Below the pieces are notes generated by a model that searched no databases, was not told the DNA's origin, and saw nothing but the letters and a program-made list of their open reading frames with translations. Positions 28,553-37,380 of a stretch of DNA of 41,891 nt are shown here, one piece after another (the stretch's first letter is position 1; every line of letters starts with the position of its first letter). Origin of the DNA: Planctomycetota bacterium. Lineage in GTDB: Bacteria > Planctomycetota > UBA11346. Position numbers and translations under genes: made by a program. The DNA lies in contig JBBRLJ010000044.1 in assembly GCA_038231435.1 (NCBI GenBank), forward strand, positions 1-41,891, written 5' to 3'.

Positions 28553-29428
28553 CTAAAAGCGCGATTCCTTCACGTACACCGTATCGCCCGGCTGCAGCTT
28601 CGGATCCTCGACGCTGGTGTCGCCGGTCAGGATCTTCTCGACGTTCACTTCCTTGAAGCGTTGGCCGGCGCGGATCAGCTGCACCTCGGCCTTCTTCGCG
28701 TAGCGATCGAAGCCGCCGGCAAGGCTCACAGCCTTAGAAACGGTCAGGGGCTCTTGGCTCGGCAGGTTCACCGCGCCAGGCTTGGTCACCTGGCCGAGGA
28801 TGAAGACGCGATCAAGGCGGGGAACGATGATGATGTCGCCGGGCTGCAGGACGATGTCGTTCTTGAGATCCTCAGGTTTGTCCCCAGGCGGAACCGGAAA
28901 CGACAGCCGGCCATTGTCGCGGATGACCAGCGACCCGGCGCGGTTGGCGTCCTCGGTGAAACTGCCCGCTTCGCCGATGGCTTGCATCGCCGTGGTCGGG
29001 CTGAGTGGATCCAGATTCACGGGTCCAGGATGGATGATGCTGCCCATCACCGTGGCGACGCGCTTGCCGAATTCCCTGACCGTGATTGTCACCACCGCCT
29101 GACGCAGGTACCCATCCATGAGCCGGCGAGCGAGTTCACCGCTGAATTCCTCGGCCGAGCGACCGACGAGCTCCTTCACCTGGCCGATCAGCGGATAGGT
29201 GATGGTCCCGGTGTCGGGAACGCGGATGTCGGTCTCGAGATCCGGGTTGTCGAATACCTGGATGTGCAGGAGGTCGCCGGGGTACAGCTTGTAGCCTGGC
29301 AGCTGGGTGGCGGGCACGACCGTCGGCTCGACCGCGGTCGCTGCCGCAGTCGCATTGCCCGGCATCGCAAGGAGGAGAGCCGTGGCGAGAACGATGAGGA
29401 GCTGGAAAGTGCGCATGGTCGGTGCCAT
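28553..29428 (-). CDS. wza: Polysaccharide export protein (OPX/Wza family; Poly_export + two SLBB domains)
   Basis: YKLYPGDLLHIQVF, GTITYPLIG, LQPGDIIIVP, VFILGQVTKPG, LAGGF, LQPGDTVYV; signal peptide without Cys. Start could be ATG 29416. Confidence 0.9.
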   Translation of the reverse strand: MAPTMRTFQLLIVLATALLLAMPGNATAAATAVEPTVVPATQLPGYKLYPGDLLHIQVFDNPDLETDIRVPDTGTITYPLIGQVKELVGRSAEEFSGELARRLMDGYLRQAVVTITVREFGKRVATVMGSIIHPGPVNLDPLSPTTAMQAIGEAGSFTEDANRAGSLVIRDNGRLSFPVPPGDKPEDLKNDIVLQPGDIIIVPRLDRVFILGQVTKPGAVNLPSQEPLTVSKAVSLAGGFDRYAKKAEVQLIRAGQRFKEVNVEKILTGDTSVEDPKLQPGDTVYVKESRF

Positions 29429-29597
29429 TCGTTGGAGGTCGAGGAGGCGAGGCGAGAAGGGCCGAGTCCGCCGGCGGGATCAGAGGCTGCAATGCAGGAT
29501 GGACCGGGCCGCCTTCGACCGCAAGCGTCGCGCGGCATTTCCAAACGACAAACCCCCAGGCTGGGCCTGGGGGCGGTCGGAGAGGGCCCGAAGGCTA

Positions 29598-31076
29598 TCA
29601 GCGATGGTCGCGGCTCACCGGCGTGTTCGTCGGGGTCGCATCGATAGAGAGGATGAAGCCGCTTCCGCCGCCGGCTGGCGGCGTGAAGGAGAACACGTCA
29701 TTCCTGCTGGTATTGCGCGAGTCGATGACCGACTTCTCCCCCTGGTCGATCTGAGTGATCACCGGAGTAGCCGCGTTGTTGAGCGTCGTCGCGACCGTCT
29801 CGCCGACCTTGCCGCCGCTCGCGTCGAAGTGTGTCGTCACCACATCATTACCGGTCACGGCGACGGTGGTCTTGGCACCGGTGACGTTGTCGACGGTGGT
29901 CGAGGTGGTGACGCCATTGACCGTTGTGACCGTGGTGGTCGAGATCGCATTGCCATCGGCGCCGCGGAGGGTCATGGTGTTGCCGTTGGTCATGAGCTTC
30001 TGCCCGGCGGTGACCGTCATCGGGACGCCAGGGAAGGCCGGCGACTTGATGGTGATCGAGCCCACGGTGACGGTGACCACGGCGTTGCCATGGGCGTCCG
30101 AGTGGATCGTGTACAGGGTTCCGGTCGTACGCACTACGCCAGTCGGCGTGTTCACCACCAGATGGCGGCCGATCTGGGTGAGGACTCCGGAGTCAATGGT
30201 GGCATCGTAATCGGTGCCGGATTTACCGGGCTCGTTCGGGCCGAGAGCGATCACCGGGTCGGATTCGTTACTGACGATGGTCAGCTGAGCGCCGGAGGTG
30301 AGCTTGACGGACGCTCCGTCGAAGAGGTCGAGCGTGAGCGGGCTCTTGCTGTCGGCCTTGATGACCGAGATCACATCGCCGACGGCGAGCGAGGTGCCGG
30401 CGACGGCCGGTACCTGCTTGCCGAGATGGGTGACCGTGGCCTTGGTGGCGGCGGACACGACCTTGCCTGCGGATTCGACGGTGCTCGCATCATCGGCAGC
30501 GGGCGTTGTGGTTGAGGTGGCGACGGCGGCCGGCTGGGTCGCGGCAGGCTTGATGGCAGGAGCGACAACGGGCTCGGTGGGCTTGACCGCGACCGCCTCG
30601 CCGCTCTGCGCCGGGACATCGGCGGCAGCGGTGGTGGTGGTCATGGTGGTGGTCTGATCGCCCTGGGTCACGGTGACCGCGAGTTCGGTGCCGGTGGTGG
30701 CGAAGGCGACGATGTCCGAGCCGTCGGCGGCGGTGCCGACCAGCGAGACGATGGTCGCACCGGTCTTGTCAGCGTTGACGTCGATGTTGCAGCTCTCGAG
30801 CGGGCAACCGGCCTTGGCATCGACCGAAGGCTGGGCCTTGATCGAGTAGCCCTCGGCGAGCGGGGTCACCTGGACCTTGATGTCGATGGCCTTGCCGTTC
30901 ACCACCACCGAGACGGTCGCGGGGAACTGTCCGGTCTTGGCTTTGGCGGCCTGCACCGCGAGAGTCACGCGCTTGGCGAACTCAGCCGCCTGCTTGCCCG
31001 TCTGGTTGGCGTCCGCCGCGCTGGCGAGGCCGGAAGTCATGAGGGTGAGGGCAAGGACGAGGGCGAGCGGACGCAT
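29598..31076 (-). CDS. Secreted Thr/Val/Ala-rich protein with a FecR-like beta domain
   Basis: Signal peptide MRPLALVLALTLMTSGLASA; LAVGDVI..LDLFDGASVKL..VNTPTGVVRTTGT..VTVTVGSI FecR-like pattern; start at ATG 31076. Confidence 0.7.
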   Translation of the reverse strand: MRPLALVLALTLMTSGLASAADANQTGKQAAEFAKRVTLAVQAAKAKTGQFPATVSVVVNGKAIDIKVQVTPLAEGYSIKAQPSVDAKAGCPLESCNIDVNADKTGATIVSLVGTAADGSDIVAFATTGTELAVTVTQGDQTTTMTTTTAAADVPAQSGEAVAVKPTEPVVAPAIKPAATQPAAVATSTTTPAADDASTVESAGKVVSAATKATVTHLGKQVPAVAGTSLAVGDVISVIKADSKSPLTLDLFDGASVKLTSGAQLTIVSNESDPVIALGPNEPGKSGTDYDATIDSGVLTQIGRHLVVNTPTGVVRTTGTLYTIHSDAHGNAVVTVTVGSITIKSPAFPGVPMTVTAGQKLMTNGNTMTLRGADGNAISTTTVTTVNGVTTSTTVDNVTGAKTTVAVTGNDVVTTHFDASGGKVGETVATTLNNAATPVITQIDQGEKSVIDSRNTSRNDVFSFTPPAGGGSGFILSIDATPTNTPVSRDHR

Positions 31077-31457
31077 GCGGTACTCCATGTCGATAAGTGT
31101 TCCGGGCAGTAGATCGGATGCTGTGCACGAGCAAGGAGGAAATATTGTAAATTCCGTCATTCAAGGCACAAACGACGCGACCGGTGCGTCAGCGGGAGGC
31201 GCAACGAATGCACCGGTTCAGCATCGAAAAAGTCGTCTGCAACATCGCGTGCGATGCCCAACAAGGTCTTGTCGCGAGGCTATCCCTGGTGATAGTGCTG
31301 CGCCTCCGTGGCGAGCCCTGGCACCACTTGTGGTGCGATGCAGGCATGCGCTGCATGGCAGGCACATCAGAGGTTGCGACGAGGCGAGCCCGGACGGACA
31401 CCCTAGCGTGGATTGGCGGCCGGCTCGAAGCAGCCCAGGCCGGTGAAAGGAATCGAC

Positions 31458-33593
31458 ATGGTACACATCCCAGGCCCTGGCGCGGCGGGCATCCAACCAC
31501 CGGTGGCGGCACCACTGACCTTGGGCGATCTGCTCGCCATCATCTGGCGCCGTCGCGTGTGGGCGGTCACCGCCGCGATCGTCGTTGCCGCGGCTGTGGT
31601 GCTCGGATCGTTCCGCATGACGCCGCTGTTCGAGGCCAAGGCAAGCCTGGCAGTGGATCGCGGTCAACAGGCTGTCGATTTCCAGCGCGATCCGGACGCG
31701 GCCCGCGTCGAATACAGCCTACTCAACACCCAGCGCGATCTGCTGCTCTCGAACACCGTGCTCAAGCAGGCCCTCGATACCTGCGATCTGATGAACGGGC
31801 CGGCGTACGCCCGCGCGCCAGACGCTGTCACGGTGCTGCGCAAGCGCCTCAAGATCACCACCAGCCGCGACAGCTGGGTGATCGAGGCGGCGCTGCGCGA
31901 TGAATCGGCCGCTCGCGCCACCTCAGGGCTCGAGGCGGTGGTCGCGTCCTTCCTCGGCAAGCAGAGCGAGCGCAGCACCGATCGCTCCAAGAGCGCCCTC
32001 GGATTCCTCTCCCAGCAGGTCGCCGAGGAGCGCCGCCGCGTGGACGAGGCGCGCGCCCGGGCGCAGGATTTCCGCACCGTGCATAACGTCCTCGGTTCCG
32101 ATCCCGACCACAACCAATACTCGGATCGTCTCGCCGCGCTGAATCTTCAGCGCGTCGAGCTCGACCGCCAGCTCGGCGCGAAGCGTTCGGTCATGCACCA
32201 GCTGGTCGAGGCCGACGAGGCCGCGGGCAATCCCGACGCCAGTCTGCAGATACTGCTCAAAGTCGAGGCGATCGGCAGCCATCCGGTGGTGGTCGAGCAG
32301 CAGAAGCAGCTCTTCGACCTGCTCGACCGCCAGATCGGCTTGAGTCAGAAGTACGGCGCCCGCCACCCGCGCATGATCGAGGTCAGTGAGGAGATCTCCA
32401 CCAAGCGCGAGCATCTGCTCGAATCGGTGACCATGGCGAAAGCCACCATCGAAGCCGACTACCAGCAGCTGCAGGCGCAGGCCGCCGATCTCAGCGAGCG
32501 CATCGCCAAGCAGGAGATCGAGCTCAATGTCTACCGCAAGAATCTCATCAGCCTCGAGGCGCTCGAGCAGGAGACCCATTCGCGCGAGAAGCTCTTCGAG
32601 CAGCTGCTGACCCGCCTCGGCGAGGAGGAGGTCTCGAGCCGCCTCGACACCAACCGCGTGATGGTGGTCGATCCGGCCAAGGCCTCGCTCGAGCCGGTGA
32701 ATATCAAGAAGACGCTGTTCGTCGCCGCCGCGCTGTTCCTCGGCGCGGCGGCCGGCGCATTGATCGCGCTGCTGGTCGAGAATCTCGATCGCCGGGTGCG
32801 CGGACCGCTCGGCGTGCAGAGCCTCACCGGCCTGCCGCTGCTCGGCCAGCTGCCCCACGTCGCGAACCTGCTGCCGCTCGGCCGGGGCGGCAATCCAGAG
32901 GAGCCGAACAATCTCGCCGAGGCCTACCGCGCGATCCGCGCCTCGCTGCGCCTCGCGCGCCGCCCAGGCGAGCGCAATCAGGTGATCTGCATCACCTCGT
33001 CCAGTCCCGGCGAAGGCAAGAGCACGGTGTCGACTCGCTTGGCAATCACCCTGGCCTCCACTGGTGCAAAGGTGCTGCTGATCGACGGCGACATGCGCAA
33101 GCCGACCCTGCATCACCATGTCGGCGAGCCTTCCGACCGCGGCCTGAGCTTCATCCTGGCAGGCGAATCCGGCATCGAGCCGATCGCCACCGCGTTCCCC
33201 AATCTCGATTTCCTCGGCGTGGGCGTGCGCCCGCCGAATCCCGCGGAATTGCTTCACAGCGCTGCTCTCGCCGTGACCATCGAGCGCGCCAGGCCCCGCT
33301 ACGATCATATCATCATCGATACCCCGCCCCTCGGCCTGGTGTCCGATGCCTTCGCAGTCGCCGAGCATTCGGACCTGGTGCTGCTGGTGGTGCGCGACCG
33401 CCACACCTCGAAGAGCCTGCTGCGCCAGGTCATGCTGCGCCTCTCGCCGCTCGGCGGCAAGGTCGTCGGCACCGTGCTCAATGGCGAACGCCGCGAGAGC
33501 GACGGGTACTATTATTACGACTACGCCTACAAGTACGGATACGTGTATGGGGCGGAGAAAGGCGGCACGGACCGCATCGCCAAGCCTGCATGA
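31458..33593 (+). CDS. wzc: Polysaccharide co-polymerase / BY tyrosine kinase (Wzc/GumC)
   Basis: Two TMs, coiled coil, YGARHP, AEAYRAIR, Walker A SSPGEGKST, IDGDMRKP, IIDTPP, C-terminal Tyr cluster GYYYYDYAYKYGYVY; RBS GAAAGGA before ATG 31458. Confidence 0.95.
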   Translation: MVHIPGPGAAGIQPPVAAPLTLGDLLAIIWRRRVWAVTAAIVVAAAVVLGSFRMTPLFEAKASLAVDRGQQAVDFQRDPDAARVEYSLLNTQRDLLLSNTVLKQALDTCDLMNGPAYARAPDAVTVLRKRLKITTSRDSWVIEAALRDESAARATSGLEAVVASFLGKQSERSTDRSKSALGFLSQQVAEERRRVDEARARAQDFRTVHNVLGSDPDHNQYSDRLAALNLQRVELDRQLGAKRSVMHQLVEADEAAGNPDASLQILLKVEAIGSHPVVVEQQKQLFDLLDRQIGLSQKYGARHPRMIEVSEEISTKREHLLESVTMAKATIEADYQQLQAQAADLSERIAKQEIELNVYRKNLISLEALEQETHSREKLFEQLLTRLGEEEVSSRLDTNRVMVVDPAKASLEPVNIKKTLFVAAALFLGAAAGALIALLVENLDRRVRGPLGVQSLTGLPLLGQLPHVANLLPLGRGGNPEEPNNLAEAYRAIRASLRLARRPGERNQVICITSSSPGEGKSTVSTRLAITLASTGAKVLLIDGDMRKPTLHHHVGEPSDRGLSFILAGESGIEPIATAFPNLDFLGVGVRPPNPAELLHSAALAVTIERARPRYDHIIIDTPPLGLVSDAFAVAEHSDLVLLVVRDRHTSKSLLRQVMLRLSPLGGKVVGTVLNGERRESDGYYYYDYAYKYGYVYGAEKGGTDRIAKPA

Positions 33594-33660
33594 CCGTCGA
33601 TCGTCCGGCGCGCGACGTGGTTGACGCCACGCGCGGGCCGCGCCCATCGGTCCCCGGGGC

Positions 33661-36354
33661 GTGACCGCTCTCGCGAATTGGCTGCTGGGCGCGTGCGCGC
33701 TCGCGATCCTGGCATGCTATGGCGGTGCGTGCGACTTTGCCCGTCCTGCGATGGAGTGCGCGGTGGCGGTCGCCTTGGTTCTCGCCGCGGTCGGCATGGG
33801 CCGGCGCTTCCGCCAACCGCGGGTCGGCTGGGTGTGGCTGGTGCTCGCACCGGCCACTCTGGCGGCGCTCGCGCAGGCGCTGCAGCTCGGCTGGGTGCAT
33901 CCCTGGACCGTGCCGGACGTGGCCGCGCTCGGCGTCGTGTCCACTGCCTGGTCGATCGACCAGGATGCTTCCTGGCGGGTGATGGCCTGGTCGGTCGCCT
34001 TGGCTGGTTTCGCACTCGTCCTGCATTGCCATTTCCGTGGCGAGCGGGCCCGGGCGCTCGGCGTGACGCTGGTCGTCGTCGCGATCGCGCACGCCGCCAC
34101 GGCGGTGTTGCTGGCGTTGATTGGTGTAGACTGGCCGGTCGCGAGCGGCGCTTTCATCGCCCGCGGCGCGTTCGTGTACCCGAACCACGCCGCGGCGTTC
34201 TCGGCCTGCTGCCTGCCGCTCGCCATCCTGGTTGCGCGCGAGCGCGGTGGGCACTGGTGGTGGATCGGCGTTGGTGTGCTGGCGCTCGCAGTGGTGCTCA
34301 GCGCCAGTCGCGGTGGGATCCTGGTCGCCTCGGCCATCAACCTGCCGCTGGCGTGGCGCGTGCTTCCGCGCAAGCGCCGCGTGCTGTGGTTCGCGGCCCT
34401 GCTGGTGGGAATCGGCTCGTACCTAGCGGTGATCGGGCTGCGCGAGGTTGGCGACAAGTTCGGTAAGCTGTTCGGTCCTGAAGGCGTGACGCTCAACGGA
34501 CGCATCACCATCTGGAAGAATTCGCTGCCGCTGATCGCCGATGCCTCGCCGTTCGGTTGCGGCGCCGGGACCGCCGAGCAGGCGTATTGGCGCACCGGCG
34601 ACGCCAGTTTCGCGGGGCATCCGGTCAACCACATCCACAGCGATCCGCTCGAATGGCTGCTCGAGTTCGGGTGGGCCGGAGCAGCCTGCATCGCCGCTGG
34701 GTTGATGGCATTCGCGTGGCGGCTGCGGCCGCCCCAGCACCCCATCGCCGGCGCGGCCCCGGGCGCCACGGGTGCCAGAGCCCCGGCGGATGCCCTGCTG
34801 TTCTGGGGAGGCACGCTCGGACTCCTGCAACTGCTCCTGCATTGCTGCGGTGAATTCATCTGGAACCGCGAGGCCATCGCGCTCGCGGCGATCGTGCTCG
34901 CGATCCTCGCCAGCGAGGGCCGGGCCGATCATCGTGCGATCGAGCCGCGTACGTCGACGCGCCTGCGCGGCGCGTTCCTCCTCCTGGCGTGCGCGCTCGC
35001 CGCCGTCATCCCGCGCGCCTGGCGTGACGATGGCGAAGACAAACTCGCCCACGATGCGGGCGAGTTCATCGAACAACGGCATCGCGCAGGAACTTCGGTG
35101 TCCGGGGTGGTCATCGACGAACTGTTCTCGGCCCGCCCTTCGACGACGCGCCTCGCGGTCGTGCAGGCGCGCGCGGCGTTGGACCTGCCGGGCACCGCGT
35201 CGGAACGTGCCGTGCGGCTGGAGCAGGGCCGGCAGGCGTTGTCCGTCGCCGCATCGGTCTCGCCTGGCGATGCAGGCGCCTGGGTCGAGCGCGCGCGCAT
35301 GGCCGCGTTCGCGGCGCGCGGCGACGAGCATGCCGACCGGGCTTTGTCAGTCGCGATCGCGCGGGTGATGGTCTGGGCTCCGGCGTGGCCATACGCCCAG
35401 GTGAAGGTGCTCGATTGCCTGCGCCGCGGGGGCATGGGCATGCTGCCGCCGGACGAGCTGCGCGCGCTGGTCCGCAGGCTGCTGGCCATCGATCAGCCCC
35501 AGCCGGGATGGTTCTTCATCTGCGCCCAACAGGTCCTCGGCCGAGTCGAACTGGAGGAAGCATTGGCGAAAGCCGGCGACCGTCTCGCGAGTTCCGGCTT
35601 GTGGTGGCTTGCGCAGCACGCCTCATCTGAGCGCTGGCTCGCGCGCTATATCGAGCTGGCTCCACCGACTCTGGTGCTCGACCCAAGCCGAGCGCTCCTG
35701 GCGCCGCTGCTTGGAGCTGAGCTGGGCCCCACCCAGGGAGTACCCCAGAGGGTGGCCGGGGTGATCGTGGAAATCCGTGCTGGCGGCGACATGGAATCGC
35801 GCCGAGCACAATCCGACGAGCTCCAGGCCGCCGGGCTGCCATTGCCCCCCGAATTGTCGGCAGCGCTCGTGCGCGATGGTGCCCCCTGGAACCTGTGGGC
35901 AACGTCGTTCGATCCGCTCGACGCGGCTGCGCGGGAACGCGTGCGGCAGGGCCTGTCCGCGGATCTCTATCGTCCGTGGGCGCGGAGCTGGTTCGACCGC
36001 CTCGCCCTGGTCGACGAGGCGCTCGCGGGCCGGACCCTGGGCGTGACCATGGATTCGGATCCCGCGTTGACCGAACGCCTAGTGACCACGGACATGGCGC
36101 GCACCGCGGGCGAACGTACGCGTCTGGGCGAGCTGCTCCGGGCCCGAGCGAGACCTGAATGGCGGCGCATCGGTCCGGGCTGCAGCTGGACCTGGCTGTG
36201 GTTGGATGAGGGCCCCTCGCGGCTGATAGCGCGCACGCCCGTCTGGAGGGGACTGGTGGTGGACGGCACATGGCGCGGCTGGCTGCGCGGCGAGATCTCC
36301 AGCGCGGGCATCGCGTCGGGCCTGCATCGCGTCGCGCTGCTCGATGTTCCCTGA
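33661..36354 (+). CDS. O-antigen ligase / Wzy_C-family membrane protein with long soluble C-terminal extension
   Basis: Multiple TMs; RGAFVYPNH, LSASRGG, RITIW, PFGCGAGT, HIHSDPLEWLLEFG. Confidence 0.85.
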   Translation: MTALANWLLGACALAILACYGGACDFARPAMECAVAVALVLAAVGMGRRFRQPRVGWVWLVLAPATLAALAQALQLGWVHPWTVPDVAALGVVSTAWSIDQDASWRVMAWSVALAGFALVLHCHFRGERARALGVTLVVVAIAHAATAVLLALIGVDWPVASGAFIARGAFVYPNHAAAFSACCLPLAILVARERGGHWWWIGVGVLALAVVLSASRGGILVASAINLPLAWRVLPRKRRVLWFAALLVGIGSYLAVIGLREVGDKFGKLFGPEGVTLNGRITIWKNSLPLIADASPFGCGAGTAEQAYWRTGDASFAGHPVNHIHSDPLEWLLEFGWAGAACIAAGLMAFAWRLRPPQHPIAGAAPGATGARAPADALLFWGGTLGLLQLLLHCCGEFIWNREAIALAAIVLAILASEGRADHRAIEPRTSTRLRGAFLLLACALAAVIPRAWRDDGEDKLAHDAGEFIEQRHRAGTSVSGVVIDELFSARPSTTRLAVVQARAALDLPGTASERAVRLEQGRQALSVAASVSPGDAGAWVERARMAAFAARGDEHADRALSVAIARVMVWAPAWPYAQVKVLDCLRRGGMGMLPPDELRALVRRLLAIDQPQPGWFFICAQQVLGRVELEEALAKAGDRLASSGLWWLAQHASSERWLARYIELAPPTLVLDPSRALLAPLLGAELGPTQGVPQRVAGVIVEIRAGGDMESRRAQSDELQAAGLPLPPELSAALVRDGAPWNLWATSFDPLDAAARERVRQGLSADLYRPWARSWFDRLALVDEALAGRTLGVTMDSDPALTERLVTTDMARTAGERTRLGELLRARARPEWRRIGPGCSWTWLWLDEGPSRLIARTPVWRGLVVDGTWRGWLRGEISSAGIASGLHRVALLDVP

Positions 36355-36444
36355 GACGTCGGAAGGACCTCCTCCTGGTGAGGTCTTGGGTCTATCGCGT
36401 CCACCCATCGATGGTGTCGCGTCAACCGCGCCTACTCTTGAGCC

Positions 36445-37134
36445 GTGCTCGATTGCCACACCCATGTGCTGCCCGGCCTGGACGACGGCGCCGTCGACGT
36501 CGACGCGGGCGTGGCCCTGTGCCGTCGCCTTGGCGAACTCGGGATTACGACCATTGTCGCGACGCCGCATTGGTGTAGTCCCAGGTTCTCGGTCGTAGAC
36601 GACGGCATCGCGCACGCCTGGCGCGAACTCGTCGCGCGCGTAGCCACCGAGTGTCCGCGCGTGCGACTGGTGCTGGGCGCCGAGCACCACTGCTCCGGGC
36701 TGCAGGATCCCGCGAGCTTCGTCGCCAGCCTCCATCCCTTCGATGGCGGTCGCTGCGTGCTGATCGAGCTGCCCGATGACCATCTGCCCACCACCGCCTG
36801 GAGCACCATCTTCGCCGTCACCCGCGCCGGCTTCAGGCCGATCATCGCCCATCCAGAGCGCTGCAAGGGCCTCGCCCCGGCCTCCGACGATCTCCGCGGC
36901 TTCATCGAGAGCGGTGGCCTGCTGCAGCTGACCCTGGGCCACCTGGTCGGGGCGCACGGTTTCGCCATGAGCTGGAAAAGCCGTCGGCTGCTCAAGCGCT
37001 ACCCGGCATCATGCATCATCGCCAGCGACAGCCACGACCTCGGCGTCCGACGTCCGCTCTGGAACCAGCTCCCGGACAAGTGGCGCAAGCACGTCCCCGC
37101 CGATCTCGCCGCGCTCGAAAACTGGGGACGATAG
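36445..37134 (+). CDS. PHP-family tyrosine-protein phosphatase (CpsB/CapC/YwqE type)
   Basis: DCHTHVLPGLDDG, ATPH, GAE, IAHPER, ASDSH. Confidence 0.93.
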   Translation: MLDCHTHVLPGLDDGAVDVDAGVALCRRLGELGITTIVATPHWCSPRFSVVDDGIAHAWRELVARVATECPRVRLVLGAEHHCSGLQDPASFVASLHPFDGGRCVLIELPDDHLPTTAWSTIFAVTRAGFRPIIAHPERCKGLAPASDDLRGFIESGGLLQLTLGHLVGAHGFAMSWKSRRLLKRYPASCIIASDSHDLGVRRPLWNQLPDKWRKHVPADLAALENWGR

Positions 37135-37299
37135 CGCGATCGGCTGTCTCTCCGACCTGCGCTCGTGCGGAGGCAGCGAGCGTTCGTTCGCGCACGAGAA
37201 AAAACCAACCCACCTCCGCGCAGCGGTATGAGCATGCGGGCGGCGCAGCCGCCGCGGGCTATCAGTGAGCGAACGAAGCTGCAGGCGGAGTGAATAGAG

Positions 37300-37334
37300 C
37301 AGGGGGAGGCTGAAAGCCTCCCCCTGTCTTATTT
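37300..37334. terminator. Intrinsic terminator-like hairpin between convergent genes
   Basis: CAGGGGGAGGC-TGAAA-GCCTCCCCCTG (11-bp stem) followed by TCTTATTT. Confidence 0.75.
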
Positions 37335-37380
37335 GCCCCCGCCGCGTCGCCGCCGCGTGGTTCCACTGCTGCTTCCGCTG

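Noticed and set aside
29553..29573. CCCCCAGG-CTGGG-CCTGGGGG hairpin as another repeat-family copy
   Set aside because: Lacks the family A-C cores; more likely a simple terminator or processing stem after the FecR-like gene.
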